Source: a virus
Direction: 5' to 3' (one strand)
Virus record (IMG/VR): IMGVR_UViG_3300018080_000123
Coordinates: 49,607-113,606 of that record
Length of the DNA: 64,000 bases
This document shows, piece after piece, positions 35,696 through 45,179 of the stretch. The first letter of the stretch is position 1. The number at the start of each line of letters is the position of its first letter. The notes beneath the pieces were generated by a model. It searched no databases. It worked only from the letters and a program-made list of their open reading frames with translations, and had not been told where the DNA came from. A program made the position numbers and the translations under genes.

Positions 35696-35924
35696 TTTCC
35701 TCTTCCTCTCCGCTCAAATCGGTATGTTTTCTAAAACCATAGAGGGCCCCGATTGATCCTACAACCGTTGCAAAATCGGTTCCAGAAAACTCGCCAAGAG
35801 AAATTCCCTGAATTGTCATTCCCGATAGTAAAAGTTTGATAATTGACACAAAAAAAGCAATAACAAGTAAAGTAAGAGTGACGGACGATTTACTCGTTTT
35901 GGGGTCTCGGATCCACACTTTCAT
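35688..35924 (-). CDS. two-TM holin-like protein
   Basis: KSSVTLTLLVIAFFVSII and FATVVGSIGALYGFRK, charged tail. Confidence 0.45.
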   Translation of the reverse strand: MKVWIRDPKTSKSSVTLTLLVIAFFVSIIKLLLSGMTIQGISLGEFSGTDFATVVGSIGALYGFRKHTDLSGEEEESV

Positions 35925-36522
35925 AGTCTCCCTCCTGATCCCATTCGTTGACAAAATAATCCATTATCGTTTTAGCCATCGGATATTTCTCAAGCAATGG
36001 GCCATAATATTTGTCATTTAATTGACTAATAGTATTCTTATATACCTTGTTAAATTTAGTATTTCCACTACGGCGTTCTTCTGTTAAATAAATTAGCCGC
36101 TCAAGTAAATCTGCAAGATCAATAATTTCTCCCTCTATTCCATCTTTGCAGTTGAGAGTGGCTCGGCGAATATTCTTTTTAGCTTCTCTAGGTAAATGTA
36201 AGAGAGCCTCATCAAATAATTTTGTCTCAATTTGTTTAGTTTTGGCTCGCATTTCATCATCAAAATTTTTTGTAGGAGCAGGGATATCCCCCAGCATAGA
36301 TTCGGGGACATCGTGCCATGCAGCTTTAGAATAGATCGCTAACATATCTAATTTTTCTTCATTCTCTCCTCTTCGCGCATTTTCGCACTCGGCAATAATA
36401 GCAGCCAAACAAATGACAACATGACTATGAGCCGCAACAGACTGAGAACAATTGACTCTATGAGTTGAGTACCTTTTGATATACTGAAGATTAAGCAAAA
36501 TATTAAGTAGTTGATTCTTCAT
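35890..36522 (-). CDS. HD-domain deoxynucleotide phosphohydrolase (YfbR-like)
   Basis: IKRYS, QSVAAHS, WHDVPESMLGDIPAPTK and LADLLE. Confidence 0.85.
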   Translation of the reverse strand: MKNQLLNILLNLQYIKRYSTHRVNCSQSVAAHSHVVICLAAIIAECENARRGENEEKLDMLAIYSKAAWHDVPESMLGDIPAPTKNFDDEMRAKTKQIETKLFDEALLHLPREAKKNIRRATLNCKDGIEGEIIDLADLLERLIYLTEERRSGNTKFNKVYKNTISQLNDKYYGPLLEKYPMAKTIMDYFVNEWDQEGDYESVDPRPQNE

Positions 36523-37231
36523 CGCCCTTTTTTAAAACCTTTCTTTGAATCTTTTTAAATACTTTTGCCGAATCCTTTTCCAACTGTTCTAATTCTCCAT
36601 ACACACTATCAACAACCGCATCGGCCTTATCCCGAAGAACTAGATATCCCTGCTCCGACGGATGGTTATCTTTTCCCTTTTCCTCGGCAACCTCATTTTT
36701 GACATATACCAAATAGAATTCATCTCCAAATGTTTTCTTACAGTGTTCATATTCATTTTCAAATCTCATATCAGTAACAAGATATACCCCCTGAGGTTGA
36801 ACATTTTTGAATGCCATCTCGATATGCCACGTAGGACAAATATGCCTAATAATTTCAGTAGCAACAAATTTAATCACATCTCTATAGGTATTTTTTCCTC
36901 CAACAAAAACGTGCCTATCCCACGAACTCACTGAAATTGAGTATGGATTAATCACATTTTTATTTTTCAAGCGATTGTAAAGGTCTGCTACTTTATGAAT
37001 AATCTGTCTTACGGTTTTAGTGCTTAAAGGAACATTTTTGCTTAAAAAACTATCTTTCTCGTCTCCGTCTATTTGTTCTGCGGTAAACTTAAAAATCTCT
37101 TTCATAATTTCATCTTTAAAGCACCTTGCAAAACAAATTGTTCCAGATGCTCCAAATCGCTCGAGAGCAATCTGTCCTACTGTGTCTTTTCCTGCTCTTT
37201 TCGCCCCTATAAGTCCAATAATTAGTCTCAT
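36503..37231 (-). CDS. deoxynucleoside monophosphate kinase (T4 gp1-like)
   Basis: IIGLIGAKRAGKDT, VTDMRFENE and HPSE. Confidence 0.85.
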   Translation of the reverse strand: MRLIIGLIGAKRAGKDTVGQIALERFGASGTICFARCFKDEIMKEIFKFTAEQIDGDEKDSFLSKNVPLSTKTVRQIIHKVADLYNRLKNKNVINPYSISVSSWDRHVFVGGKNTYRDVIKFVATEIIRHICPTWHIEMAFKNVQPQGVYLVTDMRFENEYEHCKKTFGDEFYLVYVKNEVAEEKGKDNHPSEQGYLVLRDKADAVVDSVYGELEQLEKDSAKVFKKIQRKVLKKGDEESTT

Positions 37232-37247
37232 ATTGTCTCCTACCTCC

Positions 37248-37255
37248 ATTATACA
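37248..37255 (-). promoter_or_regulatory. -10-only promoter motif TGTATAAT
   Basis: Overlaps the dnaE stop codon, ahead of the SD. Confidence 0.5.
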
Positions 37256-40200
37256 ACAATACACTTAATTGAATTGAGAGCTAGTCCAAATTTGCTAGTT
37301 GATCCTACTATTTCAACCATTATACCGGGAACTAACTTATCTTTCACCGCCGGTAGAATATCGCTCCAAACGTAAACTGTTATGACATTATCTCCGTTTT
37401 TGACCTTCACTCGATAAAAATCTTTATCGGTTTTTGTCTTTGCTTTCTGAACAAGGTCGATTAAACCTCCTATGCGAACAGTCTGGTTATCAATAGGAGG
37501 AATTTTAGTATAATCCCCAATTGTTCCCTTTGTAAAAAGAGTATCAAATCTTCTTACCCAATCGGTCCTATAAATTGAAAGAGCATTTTTCTTAAGTTCT
37601 TCAAAAGCGAAGGTATTATCAATATTGTCAAACTTCTTTGGAACGTCTTCTTTTCTCAAAAAATAGAAATGCATGATGAGATCTCTAATGCTTTTCTCTG
37701 GCTCTATATTTCTAAATGTATTCGATAAAATTAAATTTTCAATCACATTCTTCTTTACGGTTCTTTTTTCTATTCGAGTCCAAAAATCCTTGAAACTATT
37801 AAAAGGTCTTTTAGAAATAATCTCTTCAATTGCTTCATCGGCAACTTGGGTAACATAAGCGAGGGGCATAACCAGTTTCTCATTTTCGTTAAGTCTGAAC
37901 TCTTTTTCGCTTTCGTTGATTTCTGGTTCAATTAGAATATCGCGTAAAAAACTGTTCTTATCGTCTTCAACAAACCCCTTAAAGTCATCCGTCGAGCAAT
38001 TCTGGAATACGGATGCCCACCACTCTAACGGATAATAGGTTTTTAGATATTGACATATATATCCTATATACGAATAACAAACAGAATGAGATCTATTGAA
38101 GCAATAGCTCGCGTAGTTTTCCATTTCTTTAAGCAAAGTATGAGCTCCATCCTCGCTCATTGGAGGATTAAGCTGTGTCGTTGCGTAATTAATGAATTGA
38201 TCTTTTGCCTCTTGTTTTAGTCCCCCAGGCTTTGAAATAGCTTTTCTAATATGATTCGATTCTACGGCGGTAAAACCCCCTAAAGACTGAAAAATTCTCA
38301 TGATTTGCTCTTGATAGACCATCAGCCCATATGTATCTTTCAAAATTGGCTCTAAAGCAGGATGAACATAAGTTATTGCCTTTTCTCCTAATTTTCGATC
38401 AACATACTTCTCGTCCATTTTTCCAAGCCTGTATGGTCCCGGTCGACCTATTGCTGTAATAATTGCTAGGTCATTAAACGTATCTGCTTTTGATCTTTCT
38501 AAAAGAGGAGTCGACAAAGCCGTATTAAACTGAAATACTGACTCAGTATCTCCTTTTCTAAACTTGTCTAGAACCTTTTTATCGGTCGGCTCTAAACTAT
38601 AAATATCTAGATCTATATTTCTTCTCAATTTGAGTAATCTAAGACACCCTTGAATATCTCTCAGAGTATTCAGAGATAGAATATCAAACTTGACTAATCC
38701 CGCTTTTTCTAGATATCTTCCATCATATCCAGTCATTGGGGTTGCATCAAGTGCGTTTGGCTTATTTATTACAACCGGAATATAGTCTGTTGGATTTCCA
38801 GGAACAATTACAATCGCGCAAGGATGAACTTTATTAGTCTTGATTTTGCCTGCCATCTTTAACGCTGCTTTGAACACATCTTGATTGGCAACAAAAAATC
38901 CCTGAAGCTCTTCATTCCCCTCGCTAAACAAAAACTCTTCAAACCATTCACGCTCATTAACTCCAGGGCCAGAGGACGGAATGTCTTTAGTAATTGTATT
39001 TATGTATGCATAGTCATAAGCTTCTTTTCGAAGAACCCTGTAAGCATCTTTAATAGCTGTTTTTGTTTTGATGCCCTGCAGAATCCCAACTCTAATTACT
39101 TTATCATGTCCATATTTTTGTCTCAAATAACCAAACACTGATTCCTGATCAGAAAAGTCTAGATCAATATCGGGATAATCAGTTCTACTAATATCAAGAA
39201 ACCTTTCAAACGGCATATCATATTTGATAGGATCTAGTTTAGTAATATCTAATGCATAAGAAAGCAAAGATCCTCCAACAGATCCACGACCTGGCCCAAC
39301 AAGGATATCATTAGCCCTACACCATCGAACAATATCTTCAATAATAAGGAAGTAGTCAGCAAAACCTTTCTCTTTTATTACCGTCAGCTCGAAGTTCAAT
39401 CTTTGAATATATTCATCTCGGATAGGAATTTTCTTATTCTTTTTAACAATAGTAAGTAAGAGGTCCTCAGAGGTCATTTTTTCTTTTGATAAAGGATGGT
39501 CTTCAATAGGAAATCTAACAACCTCAGGCCTTCTTCCTAACTCATATATCTCTACCTTATCTGCTATTTCATTGGAATTCTGAACCGATTGGTTGAATTC
39601 TTCTTTAGTAAAAATCTTATCGTGCCCGTGCTTCTTGAACTCTTCCCAAGATTCTTCAGCGGTCATCAAATAATGATTATCAGTAGCAAAATGCCATCCA
39701 TCTTTTCCTGCAAACGAATTAAGAATAAAGATATCTTGAATCTGCTTATCTTGTTTACTCGGATAATGAACATCCAAAGTATGAATTAGTTTCACATTGT
39801 GTTTGCGGGCCCATTCAATCATCTGTCTATTGTGATCGATTTGAGAATTCTTTTCAGTCTTTTCAAAATTTTTATACTCCCTATTCCACTGCGTACTAAG
39901 ATCAAGCGGCTGAATCTCAGCATAAAAATCATCGCCAAGCTCTTTTTTAAACTCAATGAAGAGCTCTTCGCTTGTGACAGAAGATGCAATGCATGCAGTA
40001 GTAACGATTAGGCCTTCTTTATGATCAAACAGATCTTGAATACTAATCAAAGGCCGGTAGTTGAACGTCTTAAATCCTAACGAAGCAAGCTTCAATAAAT
40101 TAAGATACCCGGCATGGTTCTTAGCAAGAGCAACAATATGTCGTCTTTCAATTTTTTTCTTTGTCTTTTTTTCAGGAAGAAAAAACTTTTCGCACGTATA

Positions 40201-40401
40201 AAACTCAACGCCTAAAACAAGCTTAATATCTTCTGTTTTGCAAGCTTCATGAAAATGGAAAAGGCCACAGGCAGTACCGTGATCGGTAATACCTATGGCC
40301 TTCATCCCGAGTTTCTTAGCTCTTTTTACGTACTCTTCAGGTGTCCCAACTCCGTCGAGGAAAGAATACATAGTGTGAAGGTGTAGCTCAACTCTTTCCA
40401 T
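37249..40401 (-). CDS. dnaE: DNA polymerase III alpha subunit (family C)
   Basis: PHP motifs HLHTMYSFLDG and ITDHG, GPGRGSVGGSL, PDIDLDF, KFDILSL, FNRSHS, C-terminal OB fold. Confidence 0.95.
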   Translation of the reverse strand: MERVELHLHTMYSFLDGVGTPEEYVKRAKKLGMKAIGITDHGTACGLFHFHEACKTEDIKLVLGVEFYTCEKFFLPEKKTKKKIERRHIVALAKNHAGYLNLLKLASLGFKTFNYRPLISIQDLFDHKEGLIVTTACIASSVTSEELFIEFKKELGDDFYAEIQPLDLSTQWNREYKNFEKTEKNSQIDHNRQMIEWARKHNVKLIHTLDVHYPSKQDKQIQDIFILNSFAGKDGWHFATDNHYLMTAEESWEEFKKHGHDKIFTKEEFNQSVQNSNEIADKVEIYELGRRPEVVRFPIEDHPLSKEKMTSEDLLLTIVKKNKKIPIRDEYIQRLNFELTVIKEKGFADYFLIIEDIVRWCRANDILVGPGRGSVGGSLLSYALDITKLDPIKYDMPFERFLDISRTDYPDIDLDFSDQESVFGYLRQKYGHDKVIRVGILQGIKTKTAIKDAYRVLRKEAYDYAYINTITKDIPSSGPGVNEREWFEEFLFSEGNEELQGFFVANQDVFKAALKMAGKIKTNKVHPCAIVIVPGNPTDYIPVVINKPNALDATPMTGYDGRYLEKAGLVKFDILSLNTLRDIQGCLRLLKLRRNIDLDIYSLEPTDKKVLDKFRKGDTESVFQFNTALSTPLLERSKADTFNDLAIITAIGRPGPYRLGKMDEKYVDRKLGEKAITYVHPALEPILKDTYGLMVYQEQIMRIFQSLGGFTAVESNHIRKAISKPGGLKQEAKDQFINYATTQLNPPMSEDGAHTLLKEMENYASYCFNRSHSVCYSYIGYICQYLKTYYPLEWWASVFQNCSTDDFKGFVEDDKNSFLRDILIEPEINESEKEFRLNENEKLVMPLAYVTQVADEAIEEIISKRPFNSFKDFWTRIEKRTVKKNVIENLILSNTFRNIEPEKSIRDLIMHFYFLRKEDVPKKFDNIDNTFAFEELKKNALSIYRTDWVRRFDTLFTKGTIGDYTKIPPIDNQTVRIGGLIDLVQKAKTKTDKDFYRVKVKNGDNVITVYVWSDILPAVKDKLVPGIMVEIVGSTSKFGLALNSIKCIVV

Positions 40402-40412
40402 TAAAGCTAACC

Positions 40413-40691
40413 TTATTTGTTCAACAATCCAAGTTTCCTCGCCTGGTAGTTGACGATAGTAACGGTGGATTTGTTGAAACCCTGTCCGATGATATCTGCA
40501 GCAGCTTCACCGGCCAAAAGGCGACGGAGAATGTCAGCTCGCTTTTTCGTAAAACGAACTTTGGTAACATTCCCATTCTTTCGCTCCAACTCGAAAGTCT
40601 TACCAAACCACTCCTCGGCACTCGCCGTGGCGTCGGTATTGGGAGTTTCGACAGTTGCAGCATTCTCAGTCATGTCTAAGGTAGTAGTCAT
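40413..40691 (-). CDS. small putative DNA-binding (HTH) protein
   Basis: RADILRRLLAGEAAADIIGQGFNKSTV; strong SD and two promoter types upstream. Confidence 0.55.
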   Translation of the reverse strand: MTTTLDMTENAATVETPNTDATASAEEWFGKTFELERKNGNVTKVRFTKKRADILRRLLAGEAAADIIGQGFNKSTVTIVNYQARKLGLLNK

Positions 40692-40731
40692 AATTTGACC
40701 TCCTCTAGGTGTTTATGTTAGAACCACTTGT

Positions 40732-40739
40732 ATTATACA
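40732..40739 (-). promoter_or_regulatory. -10-only promoter motif TGTATAAT
   Basis: Intergenic. Confidence 0.5.
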
Positions 40740-40753
40740 TCCTATCTAATTAT

Positions 40754-40782
40754 ATTATAACATATTTTGCAAAAAAGTGCAA
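40754..40782 (-). promoter_or_regulatory. sigma70-type early promoter
   Basis: TTGCAC-N17-TATAAT-ATAAT. Confidence 0.75.
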
Positions 40783-40803
40783 GAACTTTGTTTCTCAATA
40801 ATT

Positions 40804-41352
40804 TCAACGAGTTAGCCCTAAGATAAACTCATACCAAGATCTTTTGGCTAGCTGTCCTAAGGTGTGATAGAGCTGAGAAACTCCTTTCTGATAGTTGATT
40901 TTGCACTCGCGTCGATACATAATTTCCCCACAATCTACGTCTTTTGTAGCTTTATGGATTACAACCCCAGTCGATGGAAGCTCTAAACGATATGCCTTCT
41001 CTTGAGGATCTTTTCCTTTAAGCTCGGGGAATTTTACTATGTCTCCAGGATGAAGATTATAGATTTTGTACTCGGCACAAATTTCTTCAGGAATAACCCT
41101 CATATATCCCATAAGAAAAATATAGTCGATAGGCATAAACTCTTCAATTCGAACTAAGACTTCTTTATAGTCCTCAAGAGTTGGATTTTTTGGAAGAACA
41201 TAGATTAGATTTGAATTCCAACCGCCTTTCAACAGAGGAGATTTTGCGTTATTTGTAACAAAAACAACTGCGCTAATCCCCAATTCCCATTGGCGATCGG
41301 CTATGTGTTGAGCATCCGAACCTGTGCGCGAGCTAAAAATAACAACATTCAT
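40804..41352 (-). CDS. dpdN: PurN-like formyltransferase, putative dPreQ1 formyltransferase
   Basis: FSSRTGS, LMGYMRVI, YNLHPG and TGVVIH...VDCGEI; last gene of the que/dpdA cluster. Confidence 0.75.
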   Translation of the reverse strand: MNVVIFSSRTGSDAQHIADRQWELGISAVVFVTNNAKSPLLKGGWNSNLIYVLPKNPTLEDYKEVLVRIEEFMPIDYIFLMGYMRVIPEEICAEYKIYNLHPGDIVKFPELKGKDPQEKAYRLELPSTGVVIHKATKDVDCGEIMYRRECKINYQKGVSQLYHTLGQLAKRSWYEFILGLTR

Positions 41353-41353
41353 C

Positions 41354-41890
41354 TCAATCCTCTTTTGATGAAGCAAGCCTCATTAATGAAACCTTACTTA
41401 AAATAAAATCAATTCTCTCATCAATTGTTCCAGCCACTACAAAATGTGGAACATCATATTCATAAAGTAACTTTCGAATTTCATCATCCACCCTTTGTTG
41501 ATACAGCGGGTTCCCCGATCTCTCGGAATCTCCCTCTAATTCAAACGTAATTGGAAAATAGAAGAAAATTGAATCGTCTTTGATTTTGTGATAAAAGTCA
41601 ATCATTTTTTTTTCGTTGCTAAAGTCCCGAATATTTACCTTTGCATAAGCAATACAGTCAAAAACATTGCGCGTAAAATATACCAGCTTATCGTAGTCAA
41701 TAAAATGTTTTTGAATATGAATAGTTAAGTCGTCAATTAAGCTTTGATATTCGGGTTTTCCAATAGGTAGATTTGCTCTAATAACAGGCCGGCTAATCCC
41801 ATCTAAGTATAAATCTCCGGTTCGGTTTGAGATTTCTCTCAACACCGTGGTTTTTCCTGTTCCATGACTTCCTACTGCAAAAATAAACAT
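41354..41890 (-). CDS. P-loop nucleotide kinase (NadR/Ttd14-like)
   Basis: AVGSHGTGKTT, RNVFDCIAY, FELEGDSER and GTIDER. Confidence 0.7.
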   Translation of the reverse strand: MFIFAVGSHGTGKTTVLREISNRTGDLYLDGISRPVIRANLPIGKPEYQSLIDDLTIHIQKHFIDYDKLVYFTRNVFDCIAYAKVNIRDFSNEKKMIDFYHKIKDDSIFFYFPITFELEGDSERSGNPLYQQRVDDEIRKLLYEYDVPHFVVAGTIDERIDFILSKVSLMRLASSKED

Positions 41891-42384
41891 TATCGGTTGT
41901 CTACCTTTTTACAATTGATATTTCTCTGTATTAGTCGATGCTGTCTAAAATTTTCCCACTCGGGACTCCCATTGCAAGAGCTCGAGAAAGGATCAATGCT
42001 AATTCCGCCCCGAGGGAGAAACTCTCCCACCACTTCGATATATCTAGGGTTCATCAGCTTCTTCAAATCTTTCATAATGATATTTACGCAATCCTCATGA
42101 AAATCTCCCTGATTGCGAAACGAAAACAAATACAGCTTTAATGACTTTGATTCGACCATCAATTCATCCGGGACATAGCTGATATAAATCGTAGCAAAAT
42201 CCGGCTGCCCAGTTTTTGGACAAAGAGACGTAAACTCGGGACAATTAAAAGTTACCATATACTCGGTATCTAAATGCTTATTCCGAAACGTCTCTAGAAC
42301 TTCAGGATTATACTTATCAGAATATTTTACATTCTGATTCCCTAGTAAGTTCACACCCTCCAATTCTTTGTCATTCCTCGACAT
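41890..42384 (-). CDS. queF: preQ0 reductase, type I QueF
   Basis: [13 protein letters not shown], QueF motif [19 protein letters not shown] and PRGGI. Confidence 0.93.
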   Translation of the reverse strand: MSRNDKELEGVNLLGNQNVKYSDKYNPEVLETFRNKHLDTEYMVTFNCPEFTSLCPKTGQPDFATIYISYVPDELMVESKSLKLYLFSFRNQGDFHEDCVNIIMKDLKKLMNPRYIEVVGEFLPRGGISIDPFSSSCNGSPEWENFRQHRLIQRNINCKKVDNR

Positions 42385-43228
42385 TTCTTTTCTCCTGTGC
42401 AACGAGGTACTTAAATACCTCTATATTATACAAGATGCATTGCATTTGCCTAATCGTAAGCTTAACGTCAAGGTTATTGGCTAAAAGATCTTTTTTCTTC
42501 TTTCCCCTCAATCCAAAAAGATAGCTAATTTTCATGTCAAAATATCCATGAATGATAGGACAGCTTGTATCCACAGATACAATAAAGTCGTATCTATTTC
42601 CATCCCTATATTTGATAAACTCGATAGGATCGCTACATCCAAGAAGATGATGGTGTTTCTCTCTGTTAATAAGCCCTTTTTCAATAAGTCGATTGATTAG
42701 TTTATGCCGCGCTTCAACAAAGCGAAGAACTTCTTTGCCATATTTTGGAATAAGTTCATCATCATAAAACAAAACATCATATGGAATAGCAATAACGCTA
42801 ACACCGGGATTATTAACTAATGTAGAATAACAATCAAAGTATTCTTGTTCGGTTTTTCCCTGAGCAACTGCGATGATTTTATACTCTAATCTCTCTTCCT
42901 TCATTCGAGCAATAAAATTTTCAACGCTTGCAACTGTAGCAGGTCCATTATGTAAAACATCTGGAGGAACGATATGAGTAGGATTAATCATTCTTGCGTA
43001 CTTTAAAAGAAAATCAGCAGTAACAGACTCTCCCAACTCAAAAACACTATTATCAAGGAAAATTATTCGTCCTTTTTTTGCTCTGTCAATATAAAACTGC
43101 AAATACTCCGGATCCCGCTCGCACATATGAACTAAGCAATAATCAAAATCATTGAATGTCAAAGAAGGTCCAAAGAGCATTTTCGGGCACTCATGAGAAA
43201 CTAGCAACCTGTCATTTGTCTTTTTCAC
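42371..43228 (-). CDS. dpdA: TGT-fold 7-deazaguanine DNA transglycosylase (DpdA, probably DpdA3-type)
   Basis: [25 protein letters not shown] and SVDTS match TGT catalytic motifs; lies between folE2 and queF. Confidence 0.75.
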   Translation of the reverse strand: MKKTNDRLLVSHECPKMLFGPSLTFNDFDYCLVHMCERDPEYLQFYIDRAKKGRIIFLDNSVFELGESVTADFLLKYARMINPTHIVPPDVLHNGPATVASVENFIARMKEERLEYKIIAVAQGKTEQEYFDCYSTLVNNPGVSVIAIPYDVLFYDDELIPKYGKEVLRFVEARHKLINRLIEKGLINREKHHHLLGCSDPIEFIKYRDGNRYDFIVSVDTSCPIIHGYFDMKISYLFGLRGKKKKDLLANNLDVKLTIRQMQCILYNIEVFKYLVAQEKRNVEE

Positions 43229-44048
43229 GAAAATTCCTTTCTAATGTTGCAATAGCATTACACTGATGAATGCTCTCATCGTGGTCGGCTGTTACTTGGT
43301 AGTAGTCGATCTTATCCCCCATCTCATCTAAAACAACAGCAATCTTACGAACCATATCCTCGACAAATCCAGGATTATCATAGGCCCTCTCTGTGACATA
43401 TTTTTCGTCAGGCCTTTTGAGAGTATTCCAAATTGGACAGCTTCCAGCTTGTTCAATTATCTGAGCAAGATCTTCAATCCAAATAAAATTTTTCATATCT
43501 TTAAAGCGAATCTTAATGGTTCCGGTCGACCTTTGATTATGAGCCCCGTGCCCCGCTCCGTTTCCATTAGAACTCATTTCTTTGCTACAAGGACAAAGAG
43601 ACGTGTACATAACACTGACGCTCAAAAAAAGATCCTTTTCTCCGTTTTCTAATACGCCTTCGAAATGACAATCGTAGTAAAAATGAGACTCTTCTCCGCT
43701 AACTGGAGCTTTCTTTTTAACAAAATATGGAAAATCAATTCGAATCTTTGAATCAGTCTGCTGAAGCTGATCTCGACATGCGTCAACCATATCATTAACA
43801 AGATCGCTATCAAGCAACTTCTTCTCAAGCGCTCTTTCAATGACTTGAGAAAACCGACTCATATTGACCCCGCGACTTTCTGTACTAAGATCAACAGCAA
43901 GAGAAACAGTTCCCACAGTCGTCGTAACTCCCTCCCCTTTTGTTTTTACGCTAAACGGAATTTTATAATTACGAATTCCCACCCAGTTAATCTTTTTGTC
44001 ATATTTGTCTTTTGAATTTTGAATATCTGGTAAATTTTGACTATTCAT
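43212..44048 (-). CDS. folE2: GTP cyclohydrolase IB
   Basis: LPDIQ, RGVNMSRF, TSLCPCSKE, GAHNQRS, LKRPDEK, FVEDMVR and ESIH. Confidence 0.93.
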   Translation of the reverse strand: MNSQNLPDIQNSKDKYDKKINWVGIRNYKIPFSVKTKGEGVTTTVGTVSLAVDLSTESRGVNMSRFSQVIERALEKKLLDSDLVNDMVDACRDQLQQTDSKIRIDFPYFVKKKAPVSGEESHFYYDCHFEGVLENGEKDLFLSVSVMYTSLCPCSKEMSSNGNGAGHGAHNQRSTGTIKIRFKDMKNFIWIEDLAQIIEQAGSCPIWNTLKRPDEKYVTERAYDNPGFVEDMVRKIAVVLDEMGDKIDYYQVTADHDESIHQCNAIATLERNFREKDK

Positions 44049-44469
44049 CTTTTTCCCTCGGGATTAAAATAGTTTCGGTTGGGAAAACAATCCAGTCGCT
44101 CGTCTCTCGAACGAAAAGATACTTGCTTGTTTTAGCGCAATCATCTTGTTTATATAGTGCAGCAAAAAAACAGAAATTTATACAATTAATTTTTTTTTCA
44201 ATTGTCCGAAAAGTCTCTCCGGTACAGAAGACATCATCTACTATCAAAGCATTACTTAGCTTAGAAGGCCAACAACTCTTATCAACCATTGATAGCCCAA
44301 CAACATTCTCTATTTCAAAAAGCTTTGATAAATATCCAGCGATAGGAAGTCCGCCGCGCGAAACTCCAACAATCTTATCAAACTCAAGATCTTTGACTTT
44401 CCACGCTAACTGAACGCATAAACTGTCAAACTCTCCCCAATCTAATCTATATTCTCTTCTACTCCTCAT
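44041..44469 (-). CDS. type I phosphoribosyltransferase (Gpt-like)
   Basis: IVGVSRGGLP, PRPP loop LIVDDVFCTGET, and WIVFP. Confidence 0.8.
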   Translation of the reverse strand: MRSRREYRLDWGEFDSLCVQLAWKVKDLEFDKIVGVSRGGLPIAGYLSKLFEIENVVGLSMVDKSCWPSKLSNALIVDDVFCTGETFRTIEKKINCINFCFFAALYKQDDCAKTSKYLFVRETSDWIVFPTETILIPREKDE

Positions 44470-45178
44470 TTTTACACTCCCAGTAAAACTTTTGAGCCGC
44501 CATCCATTCATCAAGCGTTAACAGAGGGTCTTGAACTCTATTGTCAATAAAAACTTCAGTTCGCTCCGTACACGTTCCACATTTCAAACAAGGTCTGTTT
44601 TCGCCCCTATAACACGACCACGTTGTCGAATAGTCAACCCCAAGATCAAGCCCAACCTCGCCCACTTGACTTTTTGTCATATTCTGAAACGGCCTAAGAA
44701 ACTCTACTCCTCTAAAGGTTCCAGCCTTGGCGGCTTGTTCAAAAGCAATATTGAAATCTGGACGACAATCTGGATAAATAGCATGATCTCCGGCGTGAGA
44801 TCCAAGAGCGACATAATCGGCTTCCACGCTGTCAGCAATTCCAACAAGATTTGACAACATAATCCCATTCCTGAACGGAATGACGGTCTGTTTCATGCTT
44901 TCTTGATCATACAATCCTTCAGGAATCTCTCCCCCGCTCTTTAAAAGATCTGACTTAAACAAACCATTGATATAGCTAATATCGATGGTCTGATGAGGGA
45001 TATTTAGTTTATCGCAATGCCATTTTGCAAGTGGTAACTCCTTCTCATTATGCTTTGAATTCATGAAGAATGAATAAGCCTTAAGATCATACTCTTGATC
45101 ATGAAGATAATAAAGCAAAGTTACGGAATCCATTCCTCCTGAAATGCTAATGATAGCACTTTTCTTCTTGTTTGACAT
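44459..45178 (-). CDS. queC: 7-cyano-7-deazaguanine synthase
   Basis: SISGGMDS, PFRNGI, YPDCR, and TWSCY...CLKCGTC. Confidence 0.95.
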   Translation of the reverse strand: MSNKKKSAIISISGGMDSVTLLYYLHDQEYDLKAYSFFMNSKHNEKELPLAKWHCDKLNIPHQTIDISYINGLFKSDLLKSGGEIPEGLYDQESMKQTVIPFRNGIMLSNLVGIADSVEADYVALGSHAGDHAIYPDCRPDFNIAFEQAAKAGTFRGVEFLRPFQNMTKSQVGEVGLDLGVDYSTTWSCYRGENRPCLKCGTCTERTEVFIDNRVQDPLLTLDEWMAAQKFYWECKNEE

Positions 45179-45179
45179 T

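Noticed and set aside
35890-36522. HD protein as an HD-GYP c-di-GMP phosphodiesterase, or as evidence of a Z-base genome (DatZ)
   Set aside because: No GYP motif; the sequence fits YfbR-like enzymes, and there is no PurZ in the window
37249-40401. Inteins or introns in dnaE, terL or dnaB
   Set aside because: Lengths are normal, motifs are contiguous, and no intein terminal motifs were seen
40695-40730. preQ1 riboswitch-like GTGGTTC sequence upstream of 40691
   Set aside because: No convincing P1 stem or 3' A-tract, and it lies downstream of the que genes
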